64,000 nt of DNA from Nitrososphaeraceae archaeon (GCA_035250975.1 DATFEP010000067.1:32001-96000); one strand, 5' to 3'; shown: positions 31,371-42,022, numbered from the stretch's first letter. The notes: generated by a model from the letters alone, not told the origin. Translations and numbers: made by a program.

Positions 31371-31613
31371 ATGCAACTTTTATGGAGAGAAGAATGGCTT
31401 AAGCCTTTAATAGATTATGAGATAAGTTCTGAAGAGTGTAATTTCTGCAAAAAAAAGTTCCTAGATTTTTCTTTTGTAACCTCATGTGAATTCTGTGACA
31501 TTGGGATAATGCATGATCATTGTGCGAACTCACATTTAGTGGGTACTCATTATCAGGAGTTGATAAAAAAAACAAAAAGATACAAGGAAAAACAATTACA
31601 TGATTTCCAATAA
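31371..31613 (+). CDS. small Cys/His zinc-finger protein
   Basis: CNFC-x12-CEFC-x5-HDHC-x3-H. Confidence 0.65.
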   Translation: MQLLWREEWLKPLIDYEISSEECNFCKKKFLDFSFVTSCEFCDIGIMHDHCANSHLVGTHYQELIKKTKRYKEKQLHDFQ

Positions 31614-31639
31614 TGTAGAGTTTAATTAGAAATATATTT

Positions 31640-32596
31640 TCATTCCTCATAGAGCCAACATTTCACATAACCGTCTTTCCCAATTTTATAATCTGGGGGA
31701 TTATTCTTACATTTTTTCATTGCATGTTCACACTGTGAGTAATACTTACAACCATTGGAATCGATTTTATCATTCAATATAGGCAATTTACCTCCGCTTG
31801 GATTTACTTCTTTAACTATAAATTCAGCCTTGGTATCTGGTATCTGTGATATCAAAGATTTAGTATAAGGGTGTTTTGGATTAAATATTATTTCTTTGGT
31901 AGAGTTTATTTCAACGAGTTCACCTGCATACATAATTCCTATCTTGTCTACTAATTGAGCAATTAATGGAATATCATGTGAAATTAATATAATACTTATC
32001 TGTTTTTCTTTTTTTAATTTTTTTAAGAGATTAATAATCTGAGCTTGAATCAACACATCCAAAGCAGTAGTTGGTTCATCAGCAATAATTACCTCTGGGT
32101 CAAGCAATAAAGCCATGGCAATGATTATCCTTTGTTTCATTCCTCCACTTAATTCATGAGGATATTTATCGAGTATTGATTTATCCAACCCAAAATCTTT
32201 AAAAATTTGCAGTACCTTCTCTAAATTTTCTTTTTCTCTATGCGCTAAAAATATACCATTTATTTGAGATTTTATTTTATAAACAGGGTCCAATGAATTC
32301 ATTGCACCTTGAAATATCATGGAAATTTTTTTCCACCTTATCTTCAAACTGAAATCCTTATCAGATAATTTAGAAATATCTTCGTTATTAAAAAATATGC
32401 TACCTGATTCTATTTTTCCGGGGTAACCGATATTTTTCAATATTGCTGATGCTAAAGTACTTTTACCGCATCCAGATTCTCCTGCGATTCCAAAAGATTC
32501 TCCTGCATTAAGACAAAAGGATACGTTGTCTACTGCCCTAATAGTCATATTATGTAGGTAATATGAAACACTTAAATCTTTAACAACTAATCGCAT
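31640..32596 (-). CDS. oligopeptide/dipeptide ABC transporter ATPase (OppD/DppD)
   Basis: GESGCGKST, YPHELSGGMKQR, DEPTTALD, HPYT, C-terminal Cys domain. Confidence 0.92.
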   Translation of the reverse strand: MRLVVKDLSVSYYLHNMTIRAVDNVSFCLNAGESFGIAGESGCGKSTLASAILKNIGYPGKIESGSIFFNNEDISKLSDKDFSLKIRWKKISMIFQGAMNSLDPVYKIKSQINGIFLAHREKENLEKVLQIFKDFGLDKSILDKYPHELSGGMKQRIIIAMALLLDPEVIIADEPTTALDVLIQAQIINLLKKLKKEKQISIILISHDIPLIAQLVDKIGIMYAGELVEINSTKEIIFNPKHPYTKSLISQIPDTKAEFIVKEVNPSGGKLPILNDKIDSNGCKYYSQCEHAMKKCKNNPPDYKIGKDGYVKCWLYEE

Positions 32597-32703
32597 TCCT
32601 GAAGACAGTTTATTATTTTTATCCCAAGAGATATTTTAATTTTTTTCAGATATTTATTCTAGATATATATACTGGATAAAAAAAGAATTAATATAAAGAA
32701 AAA

Positions 32704-33213
32704 TTGAAAACTCCTATTTGTTCTTTTGATGCTAAAACTGGTATATTGTGTTCAAAATGTGAATCCAAATTAAAATCAGGTCATCTTACAGAAGGCGATG
32801 TAGAAGCATCGATAAAATTAACGAAGTTAGCAGAAAAAAATAATACTATCGATAAATTCACGTTAACTGGAGCGTATAAGCTTGACGAAGGTTTGATAAT
32901 GGTTCTTCCCAGTCCAGATATCAGTATCATCAGATCTGATGAAAATATAATGAATAAAATTAAAGAAGAATTTAAAGAAAATATTTGGATTATTGAGACA
33001 GGAGCGACTGAAAAGAGATTCATTGAGAATTTAGTATATCCTGTCAAAATAGATTCTATAAACCTAGTATGGTTACCAGATGGTAACAAACTCACAAAGA
33101 TAGTGATATCGGAAAAAAAGAATAAAAATAAAATTATAGAAGAAGTCAAGATAAAAGGAATCGCCAGCAAGATAAAAAATATTGAGCTATTAATAGAATA
33201 TGTCAAGAAATAA
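32704..33213 (+). CDS. NusA-like protein with N-terminal Zn motif
   Basis: PICSFD.KTGILC.KC N-terminus and INLVWLPDG. Confidence 0.72.
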   Translation: MKTPICSFDAKTGILCSKCESKLKSGHLTEGDVEASIKLTKLAEKNNTIDKFTLTGAYKLDEGLIMVLPSPDISIIRSDENIMNKIKEEFKENIWIIETGATEKRFIENLVYPVKIDSINLVWLPDGNKLTKIVISEKKNKNKIIEEVKIKGIASKIKNIELLIEYVKK

Positions 33214-33264
33214 ATTTTACTACAAGGAAAAAATGAAATAAACCATAAAAACCATTATAAAATA

Positions 33265-34557
33265 TTGAAAAAAAGAAATAAAAGAACTCATTATTCTAAT
33301 CAGCTAAATGAAAAGATGATTGGTAATAGGGTGAATGTCGGAGGATGGATTGAGGACTTGCGAGATATAGGAAAAATAATTTTCTTAATAATTAGAGATA
33401 TAACTGGACCGATTCAAATTGTTGTAAATTCTGATGATTTTCCAGAAATAAAGGAAATTCCTAGGCAAAGTTCGGTACTTATTTCAGGAATAGTACAGAA
33501 AAGCAGAGCAAAGGAAATTAAAGTCGAACTAAAGCTCGATAAGATAATAACTATATCATATGCACAGCACCCTCTTCCAATAGATCCAACCGGAAGACTA
33601 GAATCGGCTATTGATAAGAGACTGGATTCAAGAGCACTGGATTTGCGAAATATGAATGTTTCAAGGCTTTTCATTATTAGGTCAATTGCTCTCGAGATCA
33701 TAAGAAAGACCTTAAGAAAAAAAGGCTTTATAGAGGTAAACACTCCAAAAATTATAGGAAGTGCAAGTGAAGGCGGAGCTAATTTATTCTCTTTTGATTA
33801 TTTTAAGAAAAAAGCTTATCTGGCCCAGAGTCCTCAATTATATAAGGAACAATTAATTCTTGCGTTGGATCGTGTCTTTGAAATAGCTCCATATTTTCGA
33901 GCTGAAAATTCCAATACTGTTAGGCATCTGACCGAATTCCAAAGTGTCGATATTGAAGCAGCATTTGTTGACTACCATGAGATCATGGAAATAATGGAAG
34001 AAACAATAAAAAATGTCATCAGCAAAATGCGGAAATATGATTTGATTAATTTAGACAATAATGAAAAGATAAAAACTGCATTGGAGTCGAAATTTGAAAT
34101 TTTGCCTTACAAAGAATGTGTGGTAGAGCTAAGAAAGAATGGAGAGGAAATAGAATATGGAGATGACCTTTCAGACACATCGTTAAGAAAATTAGGGCAA
34201 CTACATCCAGGATTTTACTTCATAACTGATTGGCCTTTGAAATTGAAGCCATTTTATATTCATGAAAATGAGGACGATCCTTTTCTTTCATACTCCTTTG
34301 ATTTGCAGATTGGATATTTGGAATTGATTTCTGGTGGAACGCGACAACATAATCCGGATAAGATCAAAAAAAGATTGATTGAACAAGGCCTCAATCCAGA
34401 TAATTTTTCCGAACATTTGAAAACTTTTCATTGGGGAATGCCTCCTCATTCTGGGTGTGGGTTGGGTCTAGATAGGCTGATGATGGCAATTACGAATTCT
34501 ACTAATGTACGAGAAGTAGTACTTTATCCAAGGGATCCGGACAGGCTTAATCCTTAA
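33265..34557 (+). CDS. aspS: aspartate--tRNA ligase (likely non-discriminating)
   Basis: SEGGA, YLAQSPQLYK, FRAE.S.T.RHL.EF, GMPPHSG.GLG.DR. Confidence 0.95.
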   Translation: MKKRNKRTHYSNQLNEKMIGNRVNVGGWIEDLRDIGKIIFLIIRDITGPIQIVVNSDDFPEIKEIPRQSSVLISGIVQKSRAKEIKVELKLDKIITISYAQHPLPIDPTGRLESAIDKRLDSRALDLRNMNVSRLFIIRSIALEIIRKTLRKKGFIEVNTPKIIGSASEGGANLFSFDYFKKKAYLAQSPQLYKEQLILALDRVFEIAPYFRAENSNTVRHLTEFQSVDIEAAFVDYHEIMEIMEETIKNVISKMRKYDLINLDNNEKIKTALESKFEILPYKECVVELRKNGEEIEYGDDLSDTSLRKLGQLHPGFYFITDWPLKLKPFYIHENEDDPFLSYSFDLQIGYLELISGGTRQHNPDKIKKRLIEQGLNPDNFSEHLKTFHWGMPPHSGCGLGLDRLMMAITNSTNVREVVLYPRDPDRLNP

Positions 34558-34975
34558 TTCTATTTATGAGTACTTCAATAATTTTTTTTTCTTCACTTAG
34601 CAAGAAAGCTTTAAATGAAAATTCCGTTGTTGAATATATTAGCCAAATAACTGGATTTATTTCCATATATCTTAGGTCAGTTGCAGAGGGATAAGGTATT
34701 GATGGATGAGAGTGAAATATTGATATAACATCCAAATTCATTGACTTGGATTTTTCATAAAAGGTTATCAAATCTTTTGGATGTACTGTGAAAAATGTAG
34801 AAGACTTTGAGAAATTATTCGTTATTATGACATTTTTTACAGAATAATTAGTTATAGAATTTTTTTTTCCTAAAAGCAAAGCACAGGATTCTAGAGGAAT
34901 TGAATCTTTTGCCAACCTTTCTAAATGGGTTAAATTATAATCACTTATAGAAAGAATTATTGAGTCCATAATCAC
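34547..34975 (-). CDS. JAMM/MPN+ metalloprotease (Mov34 family)
   Basis: E.CALL.G...HSHP...YPS..D. Confidence 0.9.
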   Translation of the reverse strand: MIMDSIILSISDYNLTHLERLAKDSIPLESCALLLGKKNSITNYSVKNVIITNNFSKSSTFFTVHPKDLITFYEKSKSMNLDVISIFHSHPSIPYPSATDLRYMEINPVIWLIYSTTEFSFKAFLLSEEKKIIEVLINRIKD

Positions 34976-35997
34976 AATTTAAATAAAACAAAATAAATTT
35001 TTTTTTAAATAAAAAAGAATAGTCAGAAGAATTTGCTTTTCAGTTTTTTTCGTCGACTCAAATCTTTATTTTAAAAAAAATATCTAGAGCCATACTCTGT
35101 AATGAACTGGGTTTCTAGATATCCTTAGAGACATCCGTTTCACAATACGTGTTGTCATAGCTATATGTTTTCACTCTCTTTGTATGTATGTAATTTACTA
35201 GGGCAGGTACAAACTAGACTAGATATCATACAATTTAAACATGTGACCGTAATGTATATACATCAAACCAATTTTCTTGATCCGATAGATTGTATATTTT
35301 TGTATTATACTCTGTTCACACAATTTTCATATAATAAAATATCTCATATCCATGTTCATTATCTCGCTTTACCTTAAGAAATTAAGTTTAAATCTGGAAA
35401 ATCCTTTGATACTGATATTCATCCTAAATATTAATGCTTATTAAATGTTAGTCTGTTGCAACATGTTGATTTTTGTGTAACACATAATGTTATCTAATTC
35501 CTTTTCCATATCTTCGTTTAGTGACCTGACGGGTTTGTTGTCAAGATGTACATTTTGTTATCATACATATGTATTTTTATATCATACTTAGGTCTGTGGA
35601 TTTGTTGTTCAATGGATTTTATCAAAGTGTTAAAATTAGAAGACCATATGTAATTCAATATTAGTTTTTAATTTTCTACGATATGCTATAACTCCTTTCA
35701 AAATTTGTCTGTACTTTTTAACCGAAGCTGTAATGAAATAGCTATGCATTTACGAAATATTCTTTTAGTTCTAAGAGAAATCCCAGGAATTGTCTGTATT
35801 CTGATTATTCTTGAGTGTATATGATCTTTTTCTTCAGTCTCTACAGGTCAGATCGGAATTAAGCAGAGCCAATCCTAGAATTAATACAAAATAATCCATT
35901 TTTATGGATGAGTGAGTAAAATTTGGTAAATCCATATGGACTGACCCGGTGAAAAGGGAACGTAGTTGTAAACTTATTATCATGAAGATATCTGATA

Positions 35998-36798
35998 CTA
36001 CTCTATTTTGAATTTCGCATTCATATATGGATGAATGGTGCAAAAATATTCATACTCTTTATCTTTGAGATCGGATAACATTAAAGTATAGCTTTCATTT
36101 GATTTTATAATTGACGAGTCGAATGATTTGCCATCGTCTTTGAGGCTTGTAACCGTGTGTGGAACATTATCTAAATTTGTCCATTTAATTCCAGAAAAGT
36201 CTTTTATAACTAGATCTTCAGGGGAATAATCCGGATTTCCTTGTGCAGAGGAGCCTGCCAGTATTTCTACTTTTGCTAGTTTCGAGGTATCTATGTTACT
36301 AGTTTGAATCTGATTTGTTTCCTGTTTTTGCGTAACTTCCGGTGCGGCTTCAGGATGCGGTATTGCAAGTAAAGATAGTACTGCAATTCCTACAACAACA
36401 GATATAATAAATATAAGAAGATAAAATTTAACTTTAGAGCTATTTCTGTGAATTGCTATCACAACTGCTGTGGCTGGAATTGATACAAGTAAGATAAGCC
36501 CGATGTATATGAAAATACTTGGAGTTTGAACACTAGAAATAACAGCATTGGTTAATCCTAAGATTACCAGAATTCCTAATGTAATGAAGGTTGCTAATTT
36601 TGCTTTTTTCGAAGAGGGAAATCCATCTTTGAGAACCCCCGCTGAAAGAAAAATCATACCTATTAAAAATGTTAATAACGATACAGCGTGCATTCCATCA
36701 ATAAATGTCTTAGCTATTCCAGAAAGGGATATCATTACACCTACAATACCCAGAGATGTAAGACCTATACCAGGGGTTAAGAGGTCCCAGTCAGACAT
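35998..36798 (-). CDS. membrane protein with C-terminal cupredoxin (type-1 Cu) domain
   Basis: Several N-terminal TM helices; WTN.D..PHTVT and YFCTIHPYM copper ligands. Confidence 0.85.
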   Translation of the reverse strand: MSDWDLLTPGIGLTSLGIVGVMISLSGIAKTFIDGMHAVSLLTFLIGMIFLSAGVLKDGFPSSKKAKLATFITLGILVILGLTNAVISSVQTPSIFIYIGLILLVSIPATAVVIAIHRNSSKVKFYLLIFIISVVVGIAVLSLLAIPHPEAAPEVTQKQETNQIQTSNIDTSKLAKVEILAGSSAQGNPDYSPEDLVIKDFSGIKWTNLDNVPHTVTSLKDDGKSFDSSIIKSNESYTLMLSDLKDKEYEYFCTIHPYMNAKFKIE

Positions 36799-36960
36799 AC
36801 TGTATGGTTAGTTTGGAGGATTTCGCTATAATTTTAACCTTTTCAACTGTAATAAGTATCTCAGATTGAGTGATAATGACAAAAAAATTATGTTAAATCA
36901 TAGATATTTAACGAATAAATTAAATCCAACGTTATTAATTAATTTATCCGTGCCGATACA

Positions 36961-37848
36961 GTGGATATAAAACCATATATTGAAGTCTCAAAACCAAGAA
37001 TTGTAGTTGTTTTAGTAATAACTGCGGTAACATCAATGCTAGGTGCAACTCGATTCGATACCTCGCCAGATATTGCATGGGATATATCTCTTTGGAAATT
37101 ATTTTTCTTGATTCTTTGTGGTTCTCTTGCCTCTATGGGCTCTAGTGCTTTAAACCACTACTACGACAGAGACATTGATAAGATTATGGAAAGAACATCG
37201 AAAAGACCTATCCCATCTGGACAATTATCAGCAAGAACTGTCTTTATTTATGGTATATGCATTAGCGTTTTTTCAGTGGTCATTGCATGGTTTACATTAA
37301 ATCCCATGGCTACATTCATGATTGCATTAGGAATATTTGTTTATGTAGTTATATATACAGCATGGCTAAAAAGGTCAAACTCCTTGAATATAGTTATCGG
37401 AGGATTCGCTGGAAGTGCAGCATCGATGGCTGGATGGGCCACAACAACTGGATCCATGGATCTGTTGGGATTTCTAGTAGGCTGGTTGGTTTTCATGTGG
37501 ACACCGCCTCATTTTTGGTGTCTGGCGATAAAAAAGAGAGAAGAATATGCAAGTGTAAAAGTTCCTATGCTTCCTGTGCTTATTGGAAATACAAAAACTG
37601 CACAGTATATTTTTATCAATACTGCCATATTACTACCATTTTCACTATCGTTATATTTTTTTGGATTGGGAATAGTTTACACAATAATAGCATTTATTTC
37701 TGGTACTGTTATGCTAATTTATCACTATAAATTAACGAAAAATCCAACCCCTGAATTTGCTTGGAAGGCGTATAAGGTAACAGCTCCTTACTTAGTTATA
37801 GTATTTATAGCAATTGCGATAGACGCGTTATTTTATTTTAGATTCTGA
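36961..37848 (+). CDS. cyoE: protoheme IX farnesyltransferase (heme o synthase)
   Basis: KPRIV, NHYYDRDID..M.RT..RP.PSG, WTPPHFW. Confidence 0.95.
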   Translation: MDIKPYIEVSKPRIVVVLVITAVTSMLGATRFDTSPDIAWDISLWKLFFLILCGSLASMGSSALNHYYDRDIDKIMERTSKRPIPSGQLSARTVFIYGICISVFSVVIAWFTLNPMATFMIALGIFVYVVIYTAWLKRSNSLNIVIGGFAGSAASMAGWATTTGSMDLLGFLVGWLVFMWTPPHFWCLAIKKREEYASVKVPMLPVLIGNTKTAQYIFINTAILLPFSLSLYFFGLGIVYTIIAFISGTVMLIYHYKLTKNPTPEFAWKAYKVTAPYLVIVFIAIAIDALFYFRF

Positions 37849-37864
37849 AAAAATTATAGATAAT

Positions 37865-38074
37865 TTAACGCAATAGTTCAATTCGTCGTTTATCTTTAGA
37901 TATCCACGAGACTTTTAATAAACCATAAATTTCCAAATCTAACAGGATTTTGTTTAGTTCTGCAGAATCTAACTCTATTCCTTCCTTTGACAAAATTGAC
38001 GTTAATTCTGAATCGGTAACATTATTTAATTGCTGTATTTTTTCATAGATGATATTTCTTAACGGATATTTCAA
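37865..38074 (-). CDS. small winged-helix-like conserved protein
   Basis: ELNKILLDLEIYGLLKVSW. Confidence 0.7.
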   Translation of the reverse strand: MKYPLRNIIYEKIQQLNNVTDSELTSILSKEGIELDSAELNKILLDLEIYGLLKVSWISKDKRRIELLR

Positions 38075-38155
38075 GCTTAATGATAAATGAACATCAAATA
38101 TAGTATTAATATATTTTCCACTTTCAAAGTCATGCGAATTAAATAAAAAACTCTT

Positions 38156-38437
38156 TTACTTTATATTTACAGATTGTCTACTTACGCTAATAACTTGTAT
38201 CTCACTTACACCGTTTGTTTTCTTTATGCTTTCTTCTAAGGCATCCATTTGACCTTCTGAATCGTCTAATGTGAAATCGCAAAGTAGAGAGTATATACCA
38301 AACGCAAGAGGTTCTTTACCATATCTTTTAAGTTCCATTCCACTTGGAATTTGTGAGGGTAGATCTTTAATAATTTCGTCTAGATTAGTATCAGATTCCG
38401 TTGGTAATATTTTAATTCTAGCCACGAGTCGAGCCAT
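38156..38437 (-). CDS. ef1b: translation elongation factor 1-beta
   Basis: KILP, EPLAFG, archaeal EF-1beta size. Confidence 0.9.
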   Translation of the reverse strand: MARLVARIKILPTESDTNLDEIIKDLPSQIPSGMELKRYGKEPLAFGIYSLLCDFTLDDSEGQMDALEESIKKTNGVSEIQVISVSRQSVNIK

Positions 38438-38439
38438 AT

Positions 38440-38619
38440 CTATGGACCCTCGAAGCTACAATTAACACATTTATATGATCTTGCAAATTCTCTACAGCTT
38501 TGACATCTCCACAATAAAACGTATCCACAACTAGGGCAATAAAATTTTACACATTCATCATTAGGCATTATAGATCTATTACATGATGAACAGACTGGCA
38601 ATTCTAATGTTTTAGACAT
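38440..38619 (-). CDS. DUF1610/HVO_2753-type double zinc-finger protein (59 aa, absent from the ORF track)
   Basis: Hand translation: MSKTLELPVCSSCNRSIMPNDECVKFYCPSCGYVLLWRCQSCREFARSYKCVNCSFEGP; typical position upstream of EF1B. Confidence 0.9.
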   Translation of the reverse strand: MSKTLELPVCSSCNRSIMPNDECVKFYCPSCGYVLLWRCQSCREFARSYKCVNCSFEGP

Positions 38620-38662
38620 TTTGATTCAATTTGAGAAATCCGAATTTATATCTTGTTATATA

Positions 38663-39832
38663 TTAAAAGTCTATCATATGTCTTAATTCATTTCCCAATA
38701 TAGTGCTGATCAATTTCATAGTTTTTTTAGTTCCAAGAATTTTAGATATAGCTATACTATGAAAATCGAAACTTGCGGATTCAGAAATTTCATCAAGAGT
38801 GGTATCGGTCACAACTGAAAGTATTTCGTCTAGGGATTTGTTGTCCAGTCTTTCCAAAATTTTCCTAAATAGAAGCATAATTTGAAATTCTTTTCCAAAA
38901 ATCGAAAACCATTTTTTTTCATATTCATGAAGATGAATTTTTTGATTAGTTATTTTGTACCTTGCGATGCTCTTTCCAGCCAATATTCCTCCCATTCCGC
39001 ATGAAAAAATTCCTCCGGCAGTGGTTGGTTTTGTTTGGCCTGCAGCGTCACCCACCAACATACTTCGCTCGTTTATGAAATTTTTTAGTGGTCCTCCAAC
39101 CCAAACAGGAGCATATATCTTTCTAATGGCAGAATATTTGAAATTGAAACTTGAGATAAAGGATTCAAGTGTTTGTAAGGCATTGATTTTGCTTCCTGCA
39201 ACACCTATCTTTGCTTTTCCCTGACCAGTTGGAATTATCCATGCGAAAAAATGAGGATATATTTCGCTATCTAATTTTACTAGGATTTCATCACTTGGAA
39301 TCCTATCAGCATAGATCTCATACTGAGCAGATTGTAAAATGCCATTTCGATTAGTACGATTAATAAGAGATGAAATACCCCTTGCATCAACAAAAAGATC
39401 CGAACTGAATGAGCAATTATTAGTGCTTATTCCGAATTTCTTTTCAAGAGAATCATAATTTATAGTGGTAACTAAATTTCTTGTTACAATATCGGCTCCA
39501 GATTTTTGAGCTTGAAACGCTATCTGTTTGTCAAATTCCCTTCTATCGAGGACGATTAATGTATCGTGTTTTATAATAATATCAAAACTTTTAGAAGCTG
39601 ACGAGATTTTTGCTTTTTTTACACTATGTACAATTGATCTCGAAGATGGAATAATTCCCAATTTTTCCATAGCCTGAAGACTAACCAGTCCACCACAATG
39701 TTCTGGAGTTCCAATTTCACTATCTTCTTCAAGAACTAATACTGATAAACCGGACCTCGCTATTTCTCTAGCGCACAATAAACCTGAAACACTTCCACCC
39801 GCTACTATTACATCATAGAATTTTTTTTCCAT
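38663..39832 (-). CDS. geranylgeranyl reductase family flavoprotein
   Basis: DVIVAGG..SG, PEHCGG, FAWIIP, VGDAAGQTKPTTAGGI. Confidence 0.88.
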   Translation of the reverse strand: MEKKFYDVIVAGGSVSGLLCAREIARSGLSVLVLEEDSEIGTPEHCGGLVSLQAMEKLGIIPSSRSIVHSVKKAKISSASKSFDIIIKHDTLIVLDRREFDKQIAFQAQKSGADIVTRNLVTTINYDSLEKKFGISTNNCSFSSDLFVDARGISSLINRTNRNGILQSAQYEIYADRIPSDEILVKLDSEIYPHFFAWIIPTGQGKAKIGVAGSKINALQTLESFISSFNFKYSAIRKIYAPVWVGGPLKNFINERSMLVGDAAGQTKPTTAGGIFSCGMGGILAGKSIARYKITNQKIHLHEYEKKWFSIFGKEFQIMLLFRKILERLDNKSLDEILSVVTDTTLDEISESASFDFHSIAISKILGTKKTMKLISTILGNELRHMIDF

Positions 39833-39881
39833 TAATACAATATAACCATTTTATTAATAATAATTAAAATGTATTTTAGAT

Positions 39882-40235
39882 ATGGATCTTAAACAAGTCA
39901 TCATAGTTCGAAAAGATCTTAAAATGGGTACTGGAAAGATAGCTGCGCAGGTAGCACACGCTTCAGTTTTAGCATATGAAAGATCTAGAGTCAAAAATAG
40001 TACTTGGCTTAAAACATGGTATAATTTTGGACAACCAAAGGTGGTACTTAAAGTAAACAGTTTAGAAGAGTTAGAGGAAATAAGGAAAAAAGCACAGGCA
40101 CATGATTTACCTGTCGTAATAGTACGTGATGCTGGTTTGACTCAACTTGAGCCAGGTACTGCAACTTGTCTTGGAATAGGCCCCGCGCCATCTGTTTTAA
40201 TTGATAGGGTTACTGGAGGTTTAAAGCTTCTCTAG
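39882..40235 (+). CDS. pth2: peptidyl-tRNA hydrolase Pth2
   Basis: KQVIIVRKDLKM..GK.AAQ.AHA, DAGLTQ, GIGP. Confidence 0.95.
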   Translation: MDLKQVIIVRKDLKMGTGKIAAQVAHASVLAYERSRVKNSTWLKTWYNFGQPKVVLKVNSLEELEEIRKKAQAHDLPVVIVRDAGLTQLEPGTATCLGIGPAPSVLIDRVTGGLKLL

Positions 40236-40373
40236 AATAGTGGAAAAAAATTATTATATTGATCAAATTTTGTTATCTAGTAATATTAAAAAGCCACTTG
40301 ATAGTATTATATAGAAAAAGTTAAGAATTCAGTTAGCTAAAAAAAATTAACACAAAGCCTTATTTTAGTTGTA

Positions 40374-40769
40374 ATGTATAAAATACTATTGCGAAGGAAG
40401 AAAAAAGACATAGTTCATAGTTCACAGATAACCTTAGATGAATTCTATATTAAAAAATTTAAGGAAAAAATAGAAAAGATGTTGTTAATAAGTAATAAGA
40501 ATAACCATCCATTAGTACTTTATAGAAGGACGATTGAGGAAAACGATGTAAGTATAGAAGAAGAAATAGCTACTGTTTCGGAGAAATATGTGGTAGTTCA
40601 AATTTTTACTCATGGAGGATATCTTCCTGTCCTATTCAGGGAGCAACATGTTTTCACACCTGAAGAATTCCCCTACTGGATAATCAAAAGAAGTAGGAGT
40701 ATGCTTCTACAATGTATGGAAAATATGGATGACTTTATAAACACGTACAATAATGATTTGCAGAATTAA
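40374..40769 (+). CDS. hypothetical protein
   Basis: 131 aa ORF. Confidence 0.6.
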   Translation: MYKILLRRKKKDIVHSSQITLDEFYIKKFKEKIEKMLLISNKNNHPLVLYRRTIEENDVSIEEEIATVSEKYVVVQIFTHGGYLPVLFREQHVFTPEEFPYWIIKRSRSMLLQCMENMDDFINTYNNDLQN

Positions 40770-40828
40770 TTATTTTTTAAAGGGTTTTTTAAATCTAATC
40801 TAATGATATATAGCTGAAAAGAAAAATT

Positions 40829-42022
40829 TTAAAAATTAGAATCTAATATAACTAAACCTGGCATCTTATCACCAGCAAGATATCTAAGCGAAGCTCCGCC
40901 TCCGGTTGAAACGTGACTTACTTCTGATTCTGAAACTCCAGATTTCTTCATAGCCTCTAATGTGTCACCTCCTCCTATTAGTGTCTTGGAGCCTCTCCAA
41001 TATGCTAAAGCCATACTTTTTGCTATATGGATAGTACCATTAGAAAAGAGATCCTTCTCAAAAAATCCCATTGGTCCATTCCAAAAAATTGTTCCGTTTT
41101 TATTAGATCCAATCTCAGAGGAATAATTTTGTATAGTTTCATTTCCTATATCAAACCCTATCATTCCATCAGGAATATTTTCCTTACATAGCATTGCCGA
41201 CTCGCTTTCAGCATTTGTTGCAACTATGTGATCGACTGGAAGTACTATCTTTTCCTGGTATCTTTTTAAAGAGTTTTTAGCCCAAACTAAATGCGCTTCG
41301 TCGATCGGAGAATTCCCAATATTCAGTTCCTTTGCCTTGAGAAAGGTATATGCGGCGGCTCCGCCTATCAAGATCTTGTCTGCTTTTGGTAACAAATTTT
41401 CCATGGCCCCAATTTTATCTCTTATTTTGACACCTCCGATAACCACAAGAAATGGTCTAATTGGTTTCTCTTTTATCATTGTAAGATATTCGAGTTCCTT
41501 CTTTAGATTAAATCCGCCCAATTTTATATCAAACAATGTCGCTGCACCATAAGTTGACGAATGTTTTCTATGCGATGTGCTAAATGCGTCATTCACATAA
41601 ATATCAGCCAATGATGCAAGTTGTTTTGAAAATTCTGGATTATTTAATTCCTCCTCATGATGAAAACGGAGATTTTCTAATAAAATAATTCCTGATTTTT
41701 GAAGTGCTCGAACTTGGTTATAAACTTCATTTCCAACACAATCAGGAACAAATTTGACTTGTGTTTTAAGAATTTCAGAAAGTCTTGTTGCAACAGGAAA
41801 TAGAGAATAATCTGAATTGTGATCTTTGGGTCTTCCTAAGTGTGAAATTAGTACTACCTTACAATTTCTTTTTACGAGATAATCTATGGTTGGAATAGAC
41901 ATTCTAATTCTATAATCCTCACCTATGTTTCCATTTTTAATACTGACATTAAAATCAACTCGAACTAAGGCAGTCTTTCCATCGTATTTATCATCATAGA
42001 GATCTGTCAAGAATTTGATCAT
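40829..42022 (-). CDS. pgk: phosphoglycerate kinase (bacterial-type)
   Basis: VRVDFNV, SHLGRP, LLENLRF, VNDAF, WNGPMG.FE, GGGDT, HVSTGGGASL. Confidence 0.95.
   Translation of the reverse strand: MIKFLTDLYDDKYDGKTALVRVDFNVSIKNGNIGEDYRIRMSIPTIDYLVKRNCKVVLISHLGRPKDHNSDYSLFPVATRLSEILKTQVKFVPDCVGNEVYNQVRALQKSGIILLENLRFHHEEELNNPEFSKQLASLADIYVNDAFSTSHRKHSSTYGAATLFDIKLGGFNLKKELEYLTMIKEKPIRPFLVVIGGVKIRDKIGAMENLLPKADKILIGGAAAYTFLKAKELNIGNSPIDEAHLVWAKNSLKRYQEKIVLPVDHIVATNAESESAMLCKENIPDGMIGFDIGNETIQNYSSEIGSNKNGTIFWNGPMGFFEKDLFSNGTIHIAKSMALAYWRGSKTLIGGGDTLEAMKKSGVSESEVSHVSTGGGASLRYLAGDKMPGLVILDSNF

Noticed and set aside
35900-35997. Scattered CTGA and ATGAAGA motifs as a third C/D RNA
   Set aside because: No proper C box, irregular spacing and no terminal stem.
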